In this document: in pieces, positions 1 through 12,551 of the stretch
Layout: the number at the start of each line of letters is the position of its first letter
How positions within the stretch are numbered: position 1 is the first letter of the stretch
NCBI GenBank assembly: GCA_951406725.2
Contig: OX597827.1
Span: forward strand, 48,670,001-48,734,000
DNA: 64,000 bases
Source of the DNA: Octopus vulgaris
Lineage: Eukaryota
Direction of reading: 5' to 3'
Notes under the pieces: generated by a model
Databases searched by the model: none
What the model was told of the DNA's origin: nothing
Seen by the model: only the letters and a program-made list of their open reading frames with translations
Translations under genes and position numbers: made by a program

Positions 1-89
1 TTTTTCTTCTCTTGCCATATCTTTGTCATTTCTGAAGAGACAAATACTTCTTCGACCACTGAGTGAAGTTGCTTTCGAGCTGGAAGCAT

Positions 90-302
90 CGTTAAGGCGC
101 TGAGAAATAATGCTTTGTATTATTTCTTCTTAGGCTTTAGAAACTCAACCAAGGTAAACTTTTTGAATTCCATTTACCACAGGGATTGAGAAAATAAAGT
201 AGCAGTCAAATATTTGAGTTGTTGGTATAGACTTGGTCTAGATGTGATCGACAAGTCCCCGCTACCACCAAATTTCAGGACCCGTGCGTTTAGTAAAAAG
301 GG
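90..302 (+). mobile_element. Degenerate SINE (Meta-domain-like family)
   Basis: Decayed match to the SINE at 50267-50468 (gatgtgatcgac...aaatttcagg...gtgcgtttagtaaaaagg), followed by a simple-repeat tail. Confidence 0.5.
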
Positions 303-353
303 TTATTATTGTTGTTGTTGTCGTTTTTGTCGTCGTCGTGGTTGTTGTTGTTA

Positions 354-423
<70 letters not shown>

Positions 424-424
424 T
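303..424. repeat. (GTT)n/(TAT)n microsatellite
   Basis: Directly visible trinucleotide tract; (TAA)n on the minus strand. Confidence 0.95.
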
Positions 425-880
425 GCTATCTATTGCTGTTTTCTGCAAGTGTTCCACCCTTATTGCAGCCACTATTTGTTCCACGTAGTTCTCGAGATTT
501 TTGCTCACTGTTCCCAGGGCTCCGGCAGTTATTGGTACTACTGCTACCTTTTCATTGACCACCACTGCTTAACTTCCCAAGCTAACCTGTCGTATCTCTC
601 GAGATTTCTTTCTTCCTCATCACATACATTGTGGTCAGCTGGGCATGCTATGTCTATGATCCAACATAGTTTGTTTTCTTTCTCAATTAAGACTATGTTC
701 GGCTCCCAATTCTCAATCTCATGGTCACGCTGAATCATGAAATTCCATAGGATCTTTGCATTTCTATTTTCGATAATGCATTCAGGTTTGTGGTCGTACC
801 AATTTTTTGTTCTGTCAAGTCCATACTTGTTGCAAAGTGTCCAATGGACAAGTCTGGCTATATTGTCATGGTGTCTCTTA
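425..880 (-). mobile_element. Dong/R4-clade non-LTR retrotransposon, restriction-like endonuclease C-terminal fragment (copy 1)
   Basis: Minus-strand peptides IQRDHEIENWEPNIVLIEKENKLCWIIDIACPAD and VAVVPITAGALGTVSKNL...HLQKTAI match the RLE (PD..D-type) C-terminus of R4/Dong elements; frameshifted; flanked by (TAA)n. Confidence 0.85.
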
Positions 881-944
881 TATTCCTTATTATTATTATT
901 ATTATTATTATGACAATTATTATTATTGTTACTGCTGTTGTTGT

Positions 945-2068
945 TGTTCTTCTTCTTTTACTTCTCAGAACGTTCGGTCTTGTTTGTTCTGGTAGATTCT
1001 CTGAGACCCAACAGCAGCCTACCACCAGAGGTCGCACACGGCGTTTTCCTGCACATTATAAGATTTGATACTTGGTTGTTAATTATCGTGGTGGACATTC
1101 AACATCCAAGTACCAATCTTGATATCCTAGCTGTTCCCAGCAGAGCAGCTTTTTTAGAGCTTGCTCTGCTCTCATGTCAAATCCGATTTCGGTGATATAT
1201 TTCTCGAACTTGGTTGTTAGTGCTCCGAGCGCCCCTACAACTACCGGAATGACAGACACTCTCCTTATAGTCCACATTCTTGTAATTTCATCTTTTAGTA
1301 ATCTGTATTTTACAATCTTTTCTAGTTCTTTGTCACTTATGCGTGCATCTCCAGGTATTTCAAAATTTATGATCTTAGTTTCCTTCTGTCCTTAATCTAC
1401 CACAACAATATCTGATCTCCGAGCCTCGATTAGGTGGTCATATTGGATTGTAAAATCCCACAGTATCTTACGTTCATTATTCTCGGTGACGCCTTCTGGT
1501 TCATGTTCTTATCATTTCCGTACTCTCTTCAGGCCGTACTTTTCACATAGCCTCCAGTGGATGACCTTAGCCACGTTATCGTACTCCTTTTGTAGTGCTT
1601 TTGGGACAGCTGGCTACACTTACTCACAATATGTCACGTTGTTTCGTTTCTGCTGCCACACGTTCCACAAAGGGGCGATTTGCTAGTCCTATCTATTTGG
1701 ATCTTGATGTAGTTAGTTCTCAGAGCTTGTCCCTGGGCGCTGCATATCAATGCCTCAGTGCATCCTTTCAGATCACTTTTTCTTAGCCATCTCCAAGTGT
1801 TGATCTTGTCTTTTCCTTCGATTTCTCTGAAGTATTGTTCATGCAGTGGTTTCTGTTTCCAGTCGTTTACGCTTTCTTCTTCATCTTGTTTCTTAAATGT
1901 TTGTGGGTGCTTCACATTTTCGGTAGGCATTATATTGTTAATTCTAACAGCGTCAAGTAAGGATTCATTCTGCTGTTTGATGTACTATCCCAAACTGTTC
2001 TTGTCGTTGACAACACAGATTGTGCATCCTATGAGACCTCTTCCACCCCTGTTTCTAGGCACATAGAA
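945..2068 (-). mobile_element. Dong/R4-clade non-LTR retrotransposon, 5'-truncated decayed copy 2 (RT C-terminus, CCHC knuckle, RLE, 3' UTR)
   Basis: YVPRNRGGRGLIG at ~2066-2028; WKQKPLH...TEALICSAQGQALRTNYIK...PLCGTCGSRNET (zinc knuckle); VSVIPVVVGALGAL; several stops and frameshifts; 3' end runs into (TAA)n at 888-930. Confidence 0.88.
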
Positions 2069-2094
2069 ATTTGTAGGAAGAGGGCTAGTTGATA

Positions 2095-2238
2095 AACTGG
2101 TACTTATTTTATCGATCCTAAATGAGATGAAACGCAAATTCAACCCCGGCGTAATTTGAACTCACAACTTAAAGAAGGTCAAAATGCCGCAAACATTTTG
2201 TCCGGTATGCTGAGGATTCTATCCGCTCTCCGCCTTAA
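2095..2238 (-). mobile_element. SINE fragment (Meta-domain-like family)
   Basis: ctggtacttattttatcga...tttgaactcac...ccgccttaa aligns to the full copy at 52101-52336. Confidence 0.75.
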
Positions 2239-2814
2239 GGGGATCATATATTAGAATGATATTATGTGAGGGGTGTGACGTATAACTACATCAACGAATA
2301 TAAAATTAAGAGAGGGTCAATTTTTCACCGGATTTAGCGTTATTCAACCACGTCCCATTGAATATTCTCCAATAGATATTTCAATTCCTCTAACCGGCTC
2401 AATCACTTATTCTTCACCTCAAACGCACAGACTTCAAGAAATTCCCACTTACAAATCAAGAATGCTGAATATAGAACGAGGCAGCTTAGGTACCCTTCTA
2501 TCGCATTAGCCATTCAGCTATGCATTTGTTGAATCTGGCAGCGCACCCGTTCAAATCACAAATACATCTTCCGTCAAATATTCAAGAACATATTGTGCAA
2601 TATATTTATAGATATATGTGTTTCGAAAGCATTCGTCCTTACATCACAGATGAAGTGGGCCCAAGCAAAAACCACAACACTGGATTAAGCGGGGGGCCTG
2701 TTGCCCATGCTTTATTTCTAATTAGAGAACGCAATATTGAAATTATCACTACATAACTCTATAATATACTAATATACTGTAATACATTGGTGTATTACAA
2801 TTACAGTACTATCT

Positions 2815-2950
2815 GCCAACCAAATCTACTCACAGGGCTTTGGTCGGCCCGATGCTATAGTAGAAAACACTGGGCTAAGGTGCCACGCAGTAGGACTGAA
2901 CTCAGAACCATGTGGTTGGGAAGCAAGCTTCTTCCCACACAGCCACTCCT
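2815..2950 (-). mobile_element. 5' part of tRNA-derived SINE (family of 25584-25990)
   Basis: ctttggtcggcccga...aaggtgccacgcagt...accatgtggttgg...cacacagccactcct is the reverse complement of that SINE head. Confidence 0.85.
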
Positions 2951-3094
2951 TCTACACTATAAAATTAATAAAATATTAATAGTATGATGGAAAGATCTGC
3001 CTCAAATAACCTCCTCAGAACTCCCTAGTTCTGCCTTTGGTATTATTAAAAACTCTAAGATATTTCGTTTTTATGTAGACTGCTCACGGATCTA

Positions 3095-3470
3095 TTGCAT
3101 TTACAACGCATCAGCCCTCTTCATACTGCTCTCTGGAGCAGAGACGTGAATCCTCTAGTAGACCCTGGCAAAAAACACACATCAGCCCGCAACCTCCCGC
3201 CTCATTGTATTCCACAGCATGTGCTGGTACGGAAATGTCCTACACCTCCTGCCAGATCATCCTACCGGAGCCTTACTTCTCTTCGATGCAGCACTGCGGA
3301 CTGGGAAAAGCCCTGTAACAGGTGCCGCACGAGATGGTTGAACGTGATTAAGGAAGGTCTCATGGTTCTCGACGTCACCTTAGAGGCTGCAGAAGTTCTG
3401 ACACGGGCCCACCAGCAATACCGGATAAAGGTGGGCCCGGTCGGCTCCTATGTCCGACGGGGCCTGTAGA
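3095..3470 (+). mobile_element. Decayed RTE-clade LINE 3' end
   Basis: Across a frameshift: WYGNVLHLLPDHP...WEKPCNRCRTRWLNVIKEGL, resembling the RTE C-terminal WxGHVxR...RxRGRPxxRWxDxV motif. Confidence 0.6.
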
Positions 3471-4405
3471 ACAGAAAGAAAGAGAATAGAGTAATATCAA
3501 CAAACCATTCTTTGACTTTCGTACCTGGTTTTGCTGATACTTTTACAATAAAGCTGACATTTGCAAGAAGTATACGCGTTGATTACTTTGAGGCCTGTAA
3601 TCCCAAAATTCAATATGGCTAACGAAAGGAGTAAATTAGGAATGACAACGCGTTGAAAGACACTCGTCTTCTCTAGTGAGATGTAGCAGGACTCTAAATC
3701 TTACAGGGAAAATGTAATATGTCTGTAGATCTGAATCCTGTGGTGATTGACATTTGACAGGCAGTTTCAAACCAATCTGTATTTCAAGTTCATTTAGCAC
3801 TTACAATTTGCAATCTAGTATTTAAGGTTCACCTTTTTTCACAAAGTTAGCAATATAAGTGAAAGGAAAGGAATGCAACAAGAAAGCTTTGATCTGGGGG
3901 AAAGATTTGGGCACTGAGTTAACTCCCCTTTGTTTGCTTTATTCTGATCTGATCTGTACCACTGTCTGGATTATTCATTTAGGATAAACATTGTAATTTA
4001 TAATCTAAATTATATTCATATTTATAATTAATATTGTACACACACACAGAAACACCTCCCACACACACACATATATATATATAAACATATTGGTTGCTTC
4101 TGCATACAGTATATCGATTTCCGCATTGATCAAACATGAAGCATAAATATCCATCGAACTAAGTGAGGCTTTTCAATATAAGATCGTTTGATGTAGTCTG
4201 TCCTGCTATGCGAACTTTCAACCCTTTTATATTGACAGTGATATCTCTTTCTGACGAACGCTAATCTGTGAAATAACTTTTAAATATATAAAGGTAGATG
4301 ACAGACAGAGAAATTCCATTCAATTCTACGCACGAAAGGAGAGCTTGGATCAAAAGCAAACGACTGAATTATGAAGTTATCTAACCAATTATTAATTTGA
4401 AGGCT

Positions 4406-4407
<2 letters not shown>

Positions 4408-4469
<62 letters not shown>

Positions 4470-4734
4470 ATGTATATATATATGTGTGTGTGTGTGTATG
4501 TATATATGTATATATATATATATATGGAAAGAGAGAGAGAGAGATGAAGGGAGAGAGAGAAAGATCAGACAGATAGAGACAGAGACAAATATGTATGTAT
4601 GTTTATGTATAATCACGTATATTATGTATATAAATATGATATGTGCTTGTGCGTGTATTTGTGTGTGTATACAGAAACAAACAGAAACACTACACTGCTG
4701 GATAAATTTATACTCACACATCCACACACACACT

Positions 4735-4804
<70 letters not shown>

Positions 4805-4880
4805 TATATATACAAATATGTATACATGCATACATATATACATACATTCAAACATACATACACACACATATGTACGTATA

Positions 4881-4935
<55 letters not shown>

Positions 4936-4944
4936 GTACATACA

Positions 4945-4975
<31 letters not shown>

Positions 4976-5426
4976 TTACTTATTTGTTTATATATGTAGG
5001 TATGTAGGTGTGCGCAAAGTTTGATTCGCAGCTAACTGGATTTAGATTTAAAACTGTTTCAATAGTGTTCAGAAACTCTTGAAAGAAAAAGAAAATTTCA
5101 TTCTGTGTTTAATTATGAAAATTTATTTCGAGATTTTGAAGCATTACAGTATATGTGCTCCAGCAATTTTATCTTGCAGTTCTTCAGATAGTTTGACACA
5201 TACATATGCTACATAAGACTATATATACATATATATATATGTGTGAGTGTGTGTGTGTGTGTGTGTGTGTTCGCGTGCGTGTGTGTGCAGGGAGTGTTTC
5301 TGTCTGTAACTATATATATAGATGAATAGATAGATAGATTGATAGACTCAAAGACATGCAGACAGACAGAAAGACAGACAGATAGATATATAGATATATA
5401 GATATATAGATAGATAGGTAGATAGG

Positions 5427-5501
<75 letters not shown>

Positions 5502-5505
5502 GAGG

Positions 5506-5567
<62 letters not shown>

Positions 5568-5741
5568 TATAGATAGAGTGAGTGAGACAGAATGCAGAAA
5601 TTGCCGTTTGGGGTTAGAATATCCAGTGTTTGAGACAGAGTTCTTCGACCAGAGGGAAATAAAAGTCAGTAATTTTTTATATGTGAATGCATGAGAAACT
5701 GGCTACATACATACACAAACACCTACATAAACACACACACA

Positions 5742-5775
<34 letters not shown>

Positions 5776-5910
5776 CATACACACACATACACACGTATAC
5801 CTATTTACATACATAGACACATACATATACATACACACAAACATACATACATACATACATACATACATACATACATACATACATACATACATACATACAT
5901 ACATACATAC
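4408..5910. repeat. Cluster of (TA)n, (CA)n, (GATA)n and (CATA)n microsatellites
   Basis: Directly visible; explains the YIYI/HTHT/MYVC ORFs. Confidence 0.95.
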
Positions 5911-6836
5911 ATGGTTATATAAATACGCTTGTATGTATATGCAAGTATGTGTGTACATGAGTTGATATAGCTAGGCATTTCGGTTTTACTTTTGGAGCAC
6001 TTACACTCTGGCGAATTCTATCTCCGCACAATTTTCATGGACACTTGAATCTGTGAATTATGTGTGAATGGCCACACAATTGATGATATTTGGAAGGAGT
6101 TTGTCAACCTTTCCAAGATCTTTTAGAAATGAACATCAGTTTTCACATGATTCTTAGTTTTGTTAATTTCTTAGCTATAAATCTAGATTCGGCTATTTGT
6201 AAATACTGGCATCTCCACTAAATGTAAGGAGTAACTAAAGTATTTTTATATAAATTATAATCATACCCAAATACTTCTTATACATTTACTAAACATTGGT
6301 AAGTGAATATACTGTATGTCCTCTGGCGCAGAATTTTAACAGTTGCTTTTCATTGCAATGACGCAGCAATGGATAATAGCTTTATAAATATAATGCATTA
6401 CATACAGAACAATACTCAATATTCATAAAGACAAATATTGGAAAAGAAATATTATGGCTTAACGCTTTCTATATCCGTATATTTCTATAGCCGTATATTT
6501 TAAATACTTATTCTAATGTTGCCATGTTCTTCTTAATATATATATATCAATACGAGTTTACGTGTATACCACAAATGTCAAAAGGTCATGAATAGAAATA
6601 GAGCAAAAATACCTACAGTTGTTCTCAAAGGGAGAAACACAGAATAGCAATTTCCGAACAATCCTGTAGACCTTTATGCAAGAGCAATAACCGAAAAATG
6701 TGTCCACTCCAGAATAAGTAATGTTCTAAGAGAACAGTTTGTATTTTAATGAGGCCTTCCTTTGCAAATAATAAGTTAGCAAACATCTGTATATTCATTA
6801 GATAGAATCAATTAAAATATTCTTGCTACGTGTATG

Positions 6837-6898
<62 letters not shown>

Positions 6899-6999
6899 TA
6901 TATATATATACACATATACCAATTTACCCTGTTTATTTATATATATATATAAACAGGGTAAATTTTAGCTATTTCTCCACAGACTGAAAAGCTGACGAA

Positions 7000-7046
7000 C
7001 AACCTTAATCGATTTTCGGACTTTATTGGGTTCTCATCAGGGGCGT
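7000..7046 (-). ncRNA. Minimal type I hammerhead ribozyme motif (degenerate stems)
   Basis: Minus strand gacgccc-CTGATGA-gaacccaataaagtcc-GAAA-atcgat-TA-aggttg; palindromic stem III AATCGATT; stems I and II have mismatches. Confidence 0.6.
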
Positions 7047-7215
7047 CCACATCATTCTGACTTTGTCCAGATAAACAATCAGCCAAACTGTTTATATACT
7101 CAATAAATGCAGCAGTCCCTAATTTGCATACCAAAAGTGTTTAAAATTCTATAAATACTAGTGGCTTGTCAATGGTGGGGGGGGGTCTTCGTCAACACAG
7201 TATGAAGGAATGATA

Positions 7216-8495
7216 TAGGTTGGCAAGAAAGTTATTTCGATTTTTTAGTGTGAAATAAAAGTCACTGTTTTCATACAAAGAATGACCTTTAATCAATTAT
7301 ATGTTTTCCATTTTGTTCGATGGCGCTTTACTATCTTTCAGGCAACCTCATGATTCTGCGCTCATAGAACTTCTGGTCTTCATCAGCCAAAAACTGAAGC
7401 AGGTACGATATCAGGTCATCATCATTATTGAAAGTTTCACCATTCAAAGAATTTTGCAAATTTCGAAATTAATGGTGATATGATGGTGCATAGTCAGGGC
7501 AGTATGGTGGATGTGACATCACTTCCCAACCAAGCTCCAATAAATTTTCACAAGTTAGCAAAGATGTGTGTGGTCTAGTGTTGTCATGGTGGAACATGAT
7601 TCTTTTACGATTTGCTTCCTACAGTTTCATTAGCTGTTGACAGTAAACATATGAATTGATCGTTTAGCTCCTTGGAAGCAGCTCAAAATGCACAACACAT
7701 TTTTAATCCCACCAAATTGACAGCATGACCTTTTTCGATGCAATTGAATTTTCGATGCGGTTTGTGCTGGTTCATTATGCATGGACCATGATCGTTTTCG
7801 ATTGATGTTATTGTAGACAATCTTTTTTCACCACCAGTGCTGTCTATTTCATTGCGTCTGAGATATATATCTCAAAGGGAGTTATGATTTCATTGCGTTT
7901 GAGATGCATATCTCAAAGATTGATTAGCTGTGTTAAGTGAAACTCTTTCAATTTATGTGGAACCTAGATATCGAGCTTCTTAATGAGTCCAAGACATTTT
8001 AAGTGCTTTTTAACTCTATGTGATGCATTTAGCCTATATGCAATCTCTCGCACAGTTATATGATAATCAGGTTCAATTATGGCTTTGATCCGGTCATGAT
8101 CAACTTCAGTAGGTCCACCAAAACGTTGGTCACCTTTGAATGAAAAATCTTCAGAACGGAATTCATTTCAAACCATTTCTGATATATGCGTTCTGTTAAG
8201 CAATCAAGGCCGTAAACTTTACATACCTCTTTGTGAGTCTCAGCAGGTTTCTTGCTTTTACGTAAATAAAAAAAACAAACTATGGTGAAAATGTTCATTT
8301 TTGCACTCCAAGTTAAAATTGACACTGAACTAACAGCCCTAAACAAAATTACGCACAGTTTGCTTCTTCAGTAAGCTAGGAGTAACGGCTATCAAATTGC
8401 AAAAGGAAAAATAATTATAACATTGATAAAAGACATTCCAAAAATTGTAACTCTATCTATTTACGAAAAAAGAAATTAGTTCCTTGCCAACCTTA
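7216..8495 (-). mobile_element. Mariner DNA transposon, full-length-sized, inactivated
   Basis: Inverted ends taggttggcaag / cttgccaacctta with TA flanks; ~1.28 kb; N-terminal HTH peptide (KKPAETHKEVCKVYGLDCLTERIYQKWF) and WEVMSHPPYCPDYAPS (HPPYSPDLAP-like) motif at ~7530-7483; frameshifts and stops. Confidence 0.9.
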
Positions 8496-8519
8496 TATAT
8501 ACATACATACATACATACA

Positions 8520-8568
<49 letters not shown>

Positions 8569-8761
8569 AGATACCAACAATATGATAAAAAAGCACGCTA
8601 TCCAAATATTTCTGGAATATAAAAGATTAAAGATTATAGCATTGCATTTAATGAGGGTGACACTATGCTTTGCTGAAGAAAACTAATGAGAAGGAACTGT
8701 GATAGAAATGTACTTGATAAAGATGAGATTAATTCCTTGTTATTTAGTATCATTGAAAATA

Positions 8762-8978
8762 CAACGGATGCTGAAAAGTGCCTGGTTTTGAGTAAAAGAA
8801 AATACAAGAGGATCAGTTAATTATGATTTTATTCAAGATATTCTTCTGAGATTCATGCACTTATTGCAGCAGTGTTACATTTTTTCTAAGCCCTGTAAAA
8901 GTACTTGGAAGGTTAGATCCCCAACCAGGCCTCTCATCATTGCCTTAATGTCAGCAAATTTTCAGCACCCTTTCGCAT
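8762..8978 (-). mobile_element. Mariner-derived MITE
   Basis: Ends ggatgctgaaaagtgcctgg / aattttcagcaccctttcg; reverse-complement homologue of 23317-23538. Confidence 0.7.
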
Positions 8979-10278
8979 GTCTTGCTTCACATGACAAGAA
9001 TTTTCGTTAATGATAACACTCATGATTTTCAATACAGGTGGAATGTCACTTTATATGGAAATATGTTTCGCTCTCACTACATTAAAATTTATAAAACTCC
9101 ACATAACAACAAACAAGATCAAGAGCAACGATATCAAATTGCTACCTGAATAATATTTCATATAACTGGCACTTAGGGTATATCACCCCTTTACGAATAT
9201 AAAAGACGATAACATAGACCCACAAAGTAATTGTCCGTTTCGTTTATTGTATCACATTCGTTTCAATGAAATTCTAAAGACCACTTATGGTGAAGTGCAG
9301 AGATTTAAGCTGTAATTTGTATTCTGCGCACTTTCAACATCACTGGCTGCTATGACATTACTACTTGAAGGAACGACGGTTTCGTTTTGTAATGCAATGT
9401 ACTTTATCAGCTTTGTTATTATAGCTACAACACTTCCATTCAATTTCTATTGCCTGTTAATGGTCGCGTTGTGTTTTCTAATCGAGATGATTTCTTTGAT
9501 CTTCATGTTAAGGATATTATAATCTATGGCGACTCTTAAGTCCACGTTGCACGTGACGTGTTAGTACCTTTGTTTCCATTGGCAAAATGTCTTCAGGTTC
9601 ACTGCCAGGTCAACTTCTTTAAAAACTACATATAATCTTTATCATACCAAGCATGATGAAGAGCCTCCATTAAATGAGATGCTTTCCTCAGCTGCTTATA
9701 AAAACTCTGTGATTGAAGCATACAACTTCTGCATTACAAATCCCTCGTGGCATCTCGCACTGCGTACTTTATTAATACGTCAATAAACTTCAAACTCTTT
9801 CGGACACAAAAATGCTTGCTTTTATGATATTCATTATATAAATAGAATAATATTTGGCTGCTTATTCTTGCATCGTGATTGACCAGTTAAACTCTGTATC
9901 ATAGTTATGAGACTGAGAGGCTTGTCTGTTTTAATTGTTTTTATTCAACCCCCAGGTCACACCTGTACGAACAATTATGAGAATTGTGTTCCAGATACCT
10001 GCTCTTATCTCTATTAATTCCTTTTGTGACAAACAATATTTGTGCGATCGGAGAAAAATTTAGCGTTTATTTCTATGTAATCTGTGCGCATTGGGAGGCG
10101 GGGGAGGGGTATTATATCTCTGTGCTACTCTATACACTTATCTTAGTCCTTTCGTTACTTTTACTTTCCAGTTAACTCACCAGTACGAATACATATGCAG
10201 ACACATCTACGTTAAGACAAAAACATTATGTCGTGTGCATGCACATTCTTGTATAGTTATAAGCTTATATATTTAAGT

Positions 10279-10663
10279 GCTGGGAGCACTCCGTCGGTTA
10301 CGACGACGAGGGTTCCGGTTGTTCCGAATCAACGGAACAGCCTGCTCGTGAAATTAACGTGTAAGTGGCTGAGCACTCCACAGACACGTGTACCCTTAAC
10401 GTAGTTCTCGGGGATATTCAGCGTGACACAGAGAGTGACAAGGCCGGCCCTTTGTAATACAGGTACAACAGAAACAGGAAGTAAGAGTGAGAGAAAGTTG
10501 TGGTGAAAGAGTACAGCAGGGACCACCACCATCGCCTGCCGGAGCCTCGTGGAGCTTTAGGAGTTTTCGCTCAATAAACACTCACAACGTCCGGTCTGGG
10601 AATCGAAACCACGATCCTATGACCGCGAGTCCGCTGCCCTAACCACTGGGCCATTGCGCCTCC
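10279..10663 (-). mobile_element. Full-length tRNA-derived SINE (octopus OR-type-like) with 12-bp TSD
   Basis: Head GGAGGCGCAATGGCCCAGTGGTTAGGGCAGCGGACTCGCGG...GTTTCGATTCC (pol III A and B boxes); TSD atatatttaagt at 10267-10278 and 10664-10675. Confidence 0.92.
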
Positions 10664-11399
10664 ATATATTTAAGTAACTCTATGTGTATAAGCAATAATG
10701 GCTGATCAAATCTACAACGATACAAAAACATGCGTTAGTCGATGTGGAAAAATTGAAAATTTATTGTCAAATCGATATACAGTTTTAGCAATTAGACAAG
10801 ATACAAATGTTAGCAGTTAATAATAAGTTCGCCCTTCAGTTCACAAGTTTTGTGTTGTTCATTGGCTGTGATTTGCTAAATCACGTTGCTTCTTCTAGAA
10901 ATAAATATCTACGTTAAGTTACATTTTTCTGTGTCTTCGGTTCGAATCACAGTAGAGACGTTATTGATCCATTCTTATTCGAGTGTTCAGGGCTACAAAC
11001 GAATAAGGGAACAGCTATGAAATATTTAGATTTGCTGGAAACAGGTCCAAAATTCACTCTCACAAATTACACCATGCAGTTTTAAGAAAGGACGGAAGTA
11101 TTAAGACTGTGCGTGTAGTTCATATACACACGCACGCACACAAAATCACACACACACACACATACATACAAACAGACAGAAAGACACACATACATACAAC
11201 GCTGAAGTATTGAGAAATCTGAAGTTACTCTATCCAGATTACAAGTTCAGGTTTATATCTGTAAATATTGTGGCCCGGGGATATGTAACACACTGCCAAA
11301 ATACCAGTCTTGACCAACTAGACGTCTCAAAACCAGAAAGGAGAAAGCTAATTTGAAGACTACAGATTCAATCCATCACTGAGACTCTAAAAATCATTG

Positions 11400-11910
11400 T
11401 GTGAGAATATATGCATAAAACAAAACATACAAATCTGCACATACACATACATACATACATACATACATACATACATACATACATACATACATACATACAT
11501 ACATACGTACGTACGTACGTACGTACATACATACATACATACATACATACATACATACATACATACAAGCAAAATACCCCGTTACTGATGTTGAAATTCC
11601 AATGAAGGAGCACTGGATTTTGGTTAGAAACCGGCACTTTGTTGGCAAAAGATCTTGAAATAAAAACTGAATGACATACATATATCTATGTATGCATGTA
11701 TGTATATAAGTATGTTTGTATCTATATATGTATGTGTGTGTTTGTATGTGTGCAGGGGAGGGGTGTCTGTGCGTGTGTGTGTGTGTGTGTCATTGTTCAG
11801 TTTCATTTCAAGATTTTTTGCCAATACAAAAAGAGCCAATGTAATTTGTAAGAACCACGATCAAAGATTTCTTCATTGGAATTTCAACATCAACAACAGG
11901 TTATTTTTGT
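11400..11910. mobile_element. Repeat with internal (CATA)n and inverted duplication (PLE pseudo-LTR-like)
   Basis: 11575-11678 (gatgttgaaattccaatgaagg...cttgaaataaaactgaatgac) is inverted at ~11788-11905; homologous direct copy at 55735-55935. Confidence 0.6.
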
Positions 11911-12153
11911 TTCTATGTATAATTAAAATTCAATGCAGATTAAAAGTAGATTTATAAAGAGTAACCCATGCGAAGCACGATTCTTCCAAGCGACATTTAC
12001 AAGTTGAGGTGTGGGTTGGAGGCTGTGCAGAAGTGTACTTGCGTCTGTGGTACCGTGTGCTGTTGGAAGTGATGTTGCCTAAAGAGCAGAAACTGACCTT
12101 AACATTATGAGAGCCGAAAAGTTTATGCTACCCATCTATGCCTTGCGATGAAA

Positions 12154-12551
12154 TCGTTATATATAAAAGTGAGGTTGTGTGCTGTCTGTCTCCTACGATT
12201 TAGATTCCTAACTACTCCCACATTTTGCGGTGCAGTTTAACCAAAACCGGGTATCTTATAGTCGTGATTCATATCGAGCCCTTCTGGGTATTAGCGCGCG
12301 TCTACGATGAGTCTACGATTTTTAAAATAATTTACCATCAATTTTTCCCATTTGTAATGCGTTTTTGGCATATATAAGTGAAGTAACTCTCTAAAAATTT
12401 ATTATTAAATCTCAGAACGTAAAAGGCTACAGTAACACCCTACCCCTTTGTGGTTAGCCATATTGAGATGGCTATTATACTTTACATCTCTGAAAATGCT
12501 TATATAGTTATTTCCCTTACAAACCCGAGCAACGCCGGGCGATACTGCTAG
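12154..12551 (+). mobile_element. Non-autonomous Helitron, unit 1 of head-to-tail dimer
   Basis: 5' A|TC start, subterminal hairpin cccgagcaacgccggg, 3' CTAG at 12548-12551. Confidence 0.88.

Noticed and set aside
4245-4285. CTGACGA...GAAA hammerhead-like motif
   Set aside because: Stems I-III have only 2-3 weak pairs; compatible with chance in AT-rich DNA
4392-5965. ORFs of YIYI/HTHT/MYVC type here and throughout the window
   Set aside because: Translations of microsatellites that lack stop codons; no protein features
10595-10663. tRNA gene
   Set aside because: tRNA-like head continues into a SINE body with a TSD; same for the other SINE heads
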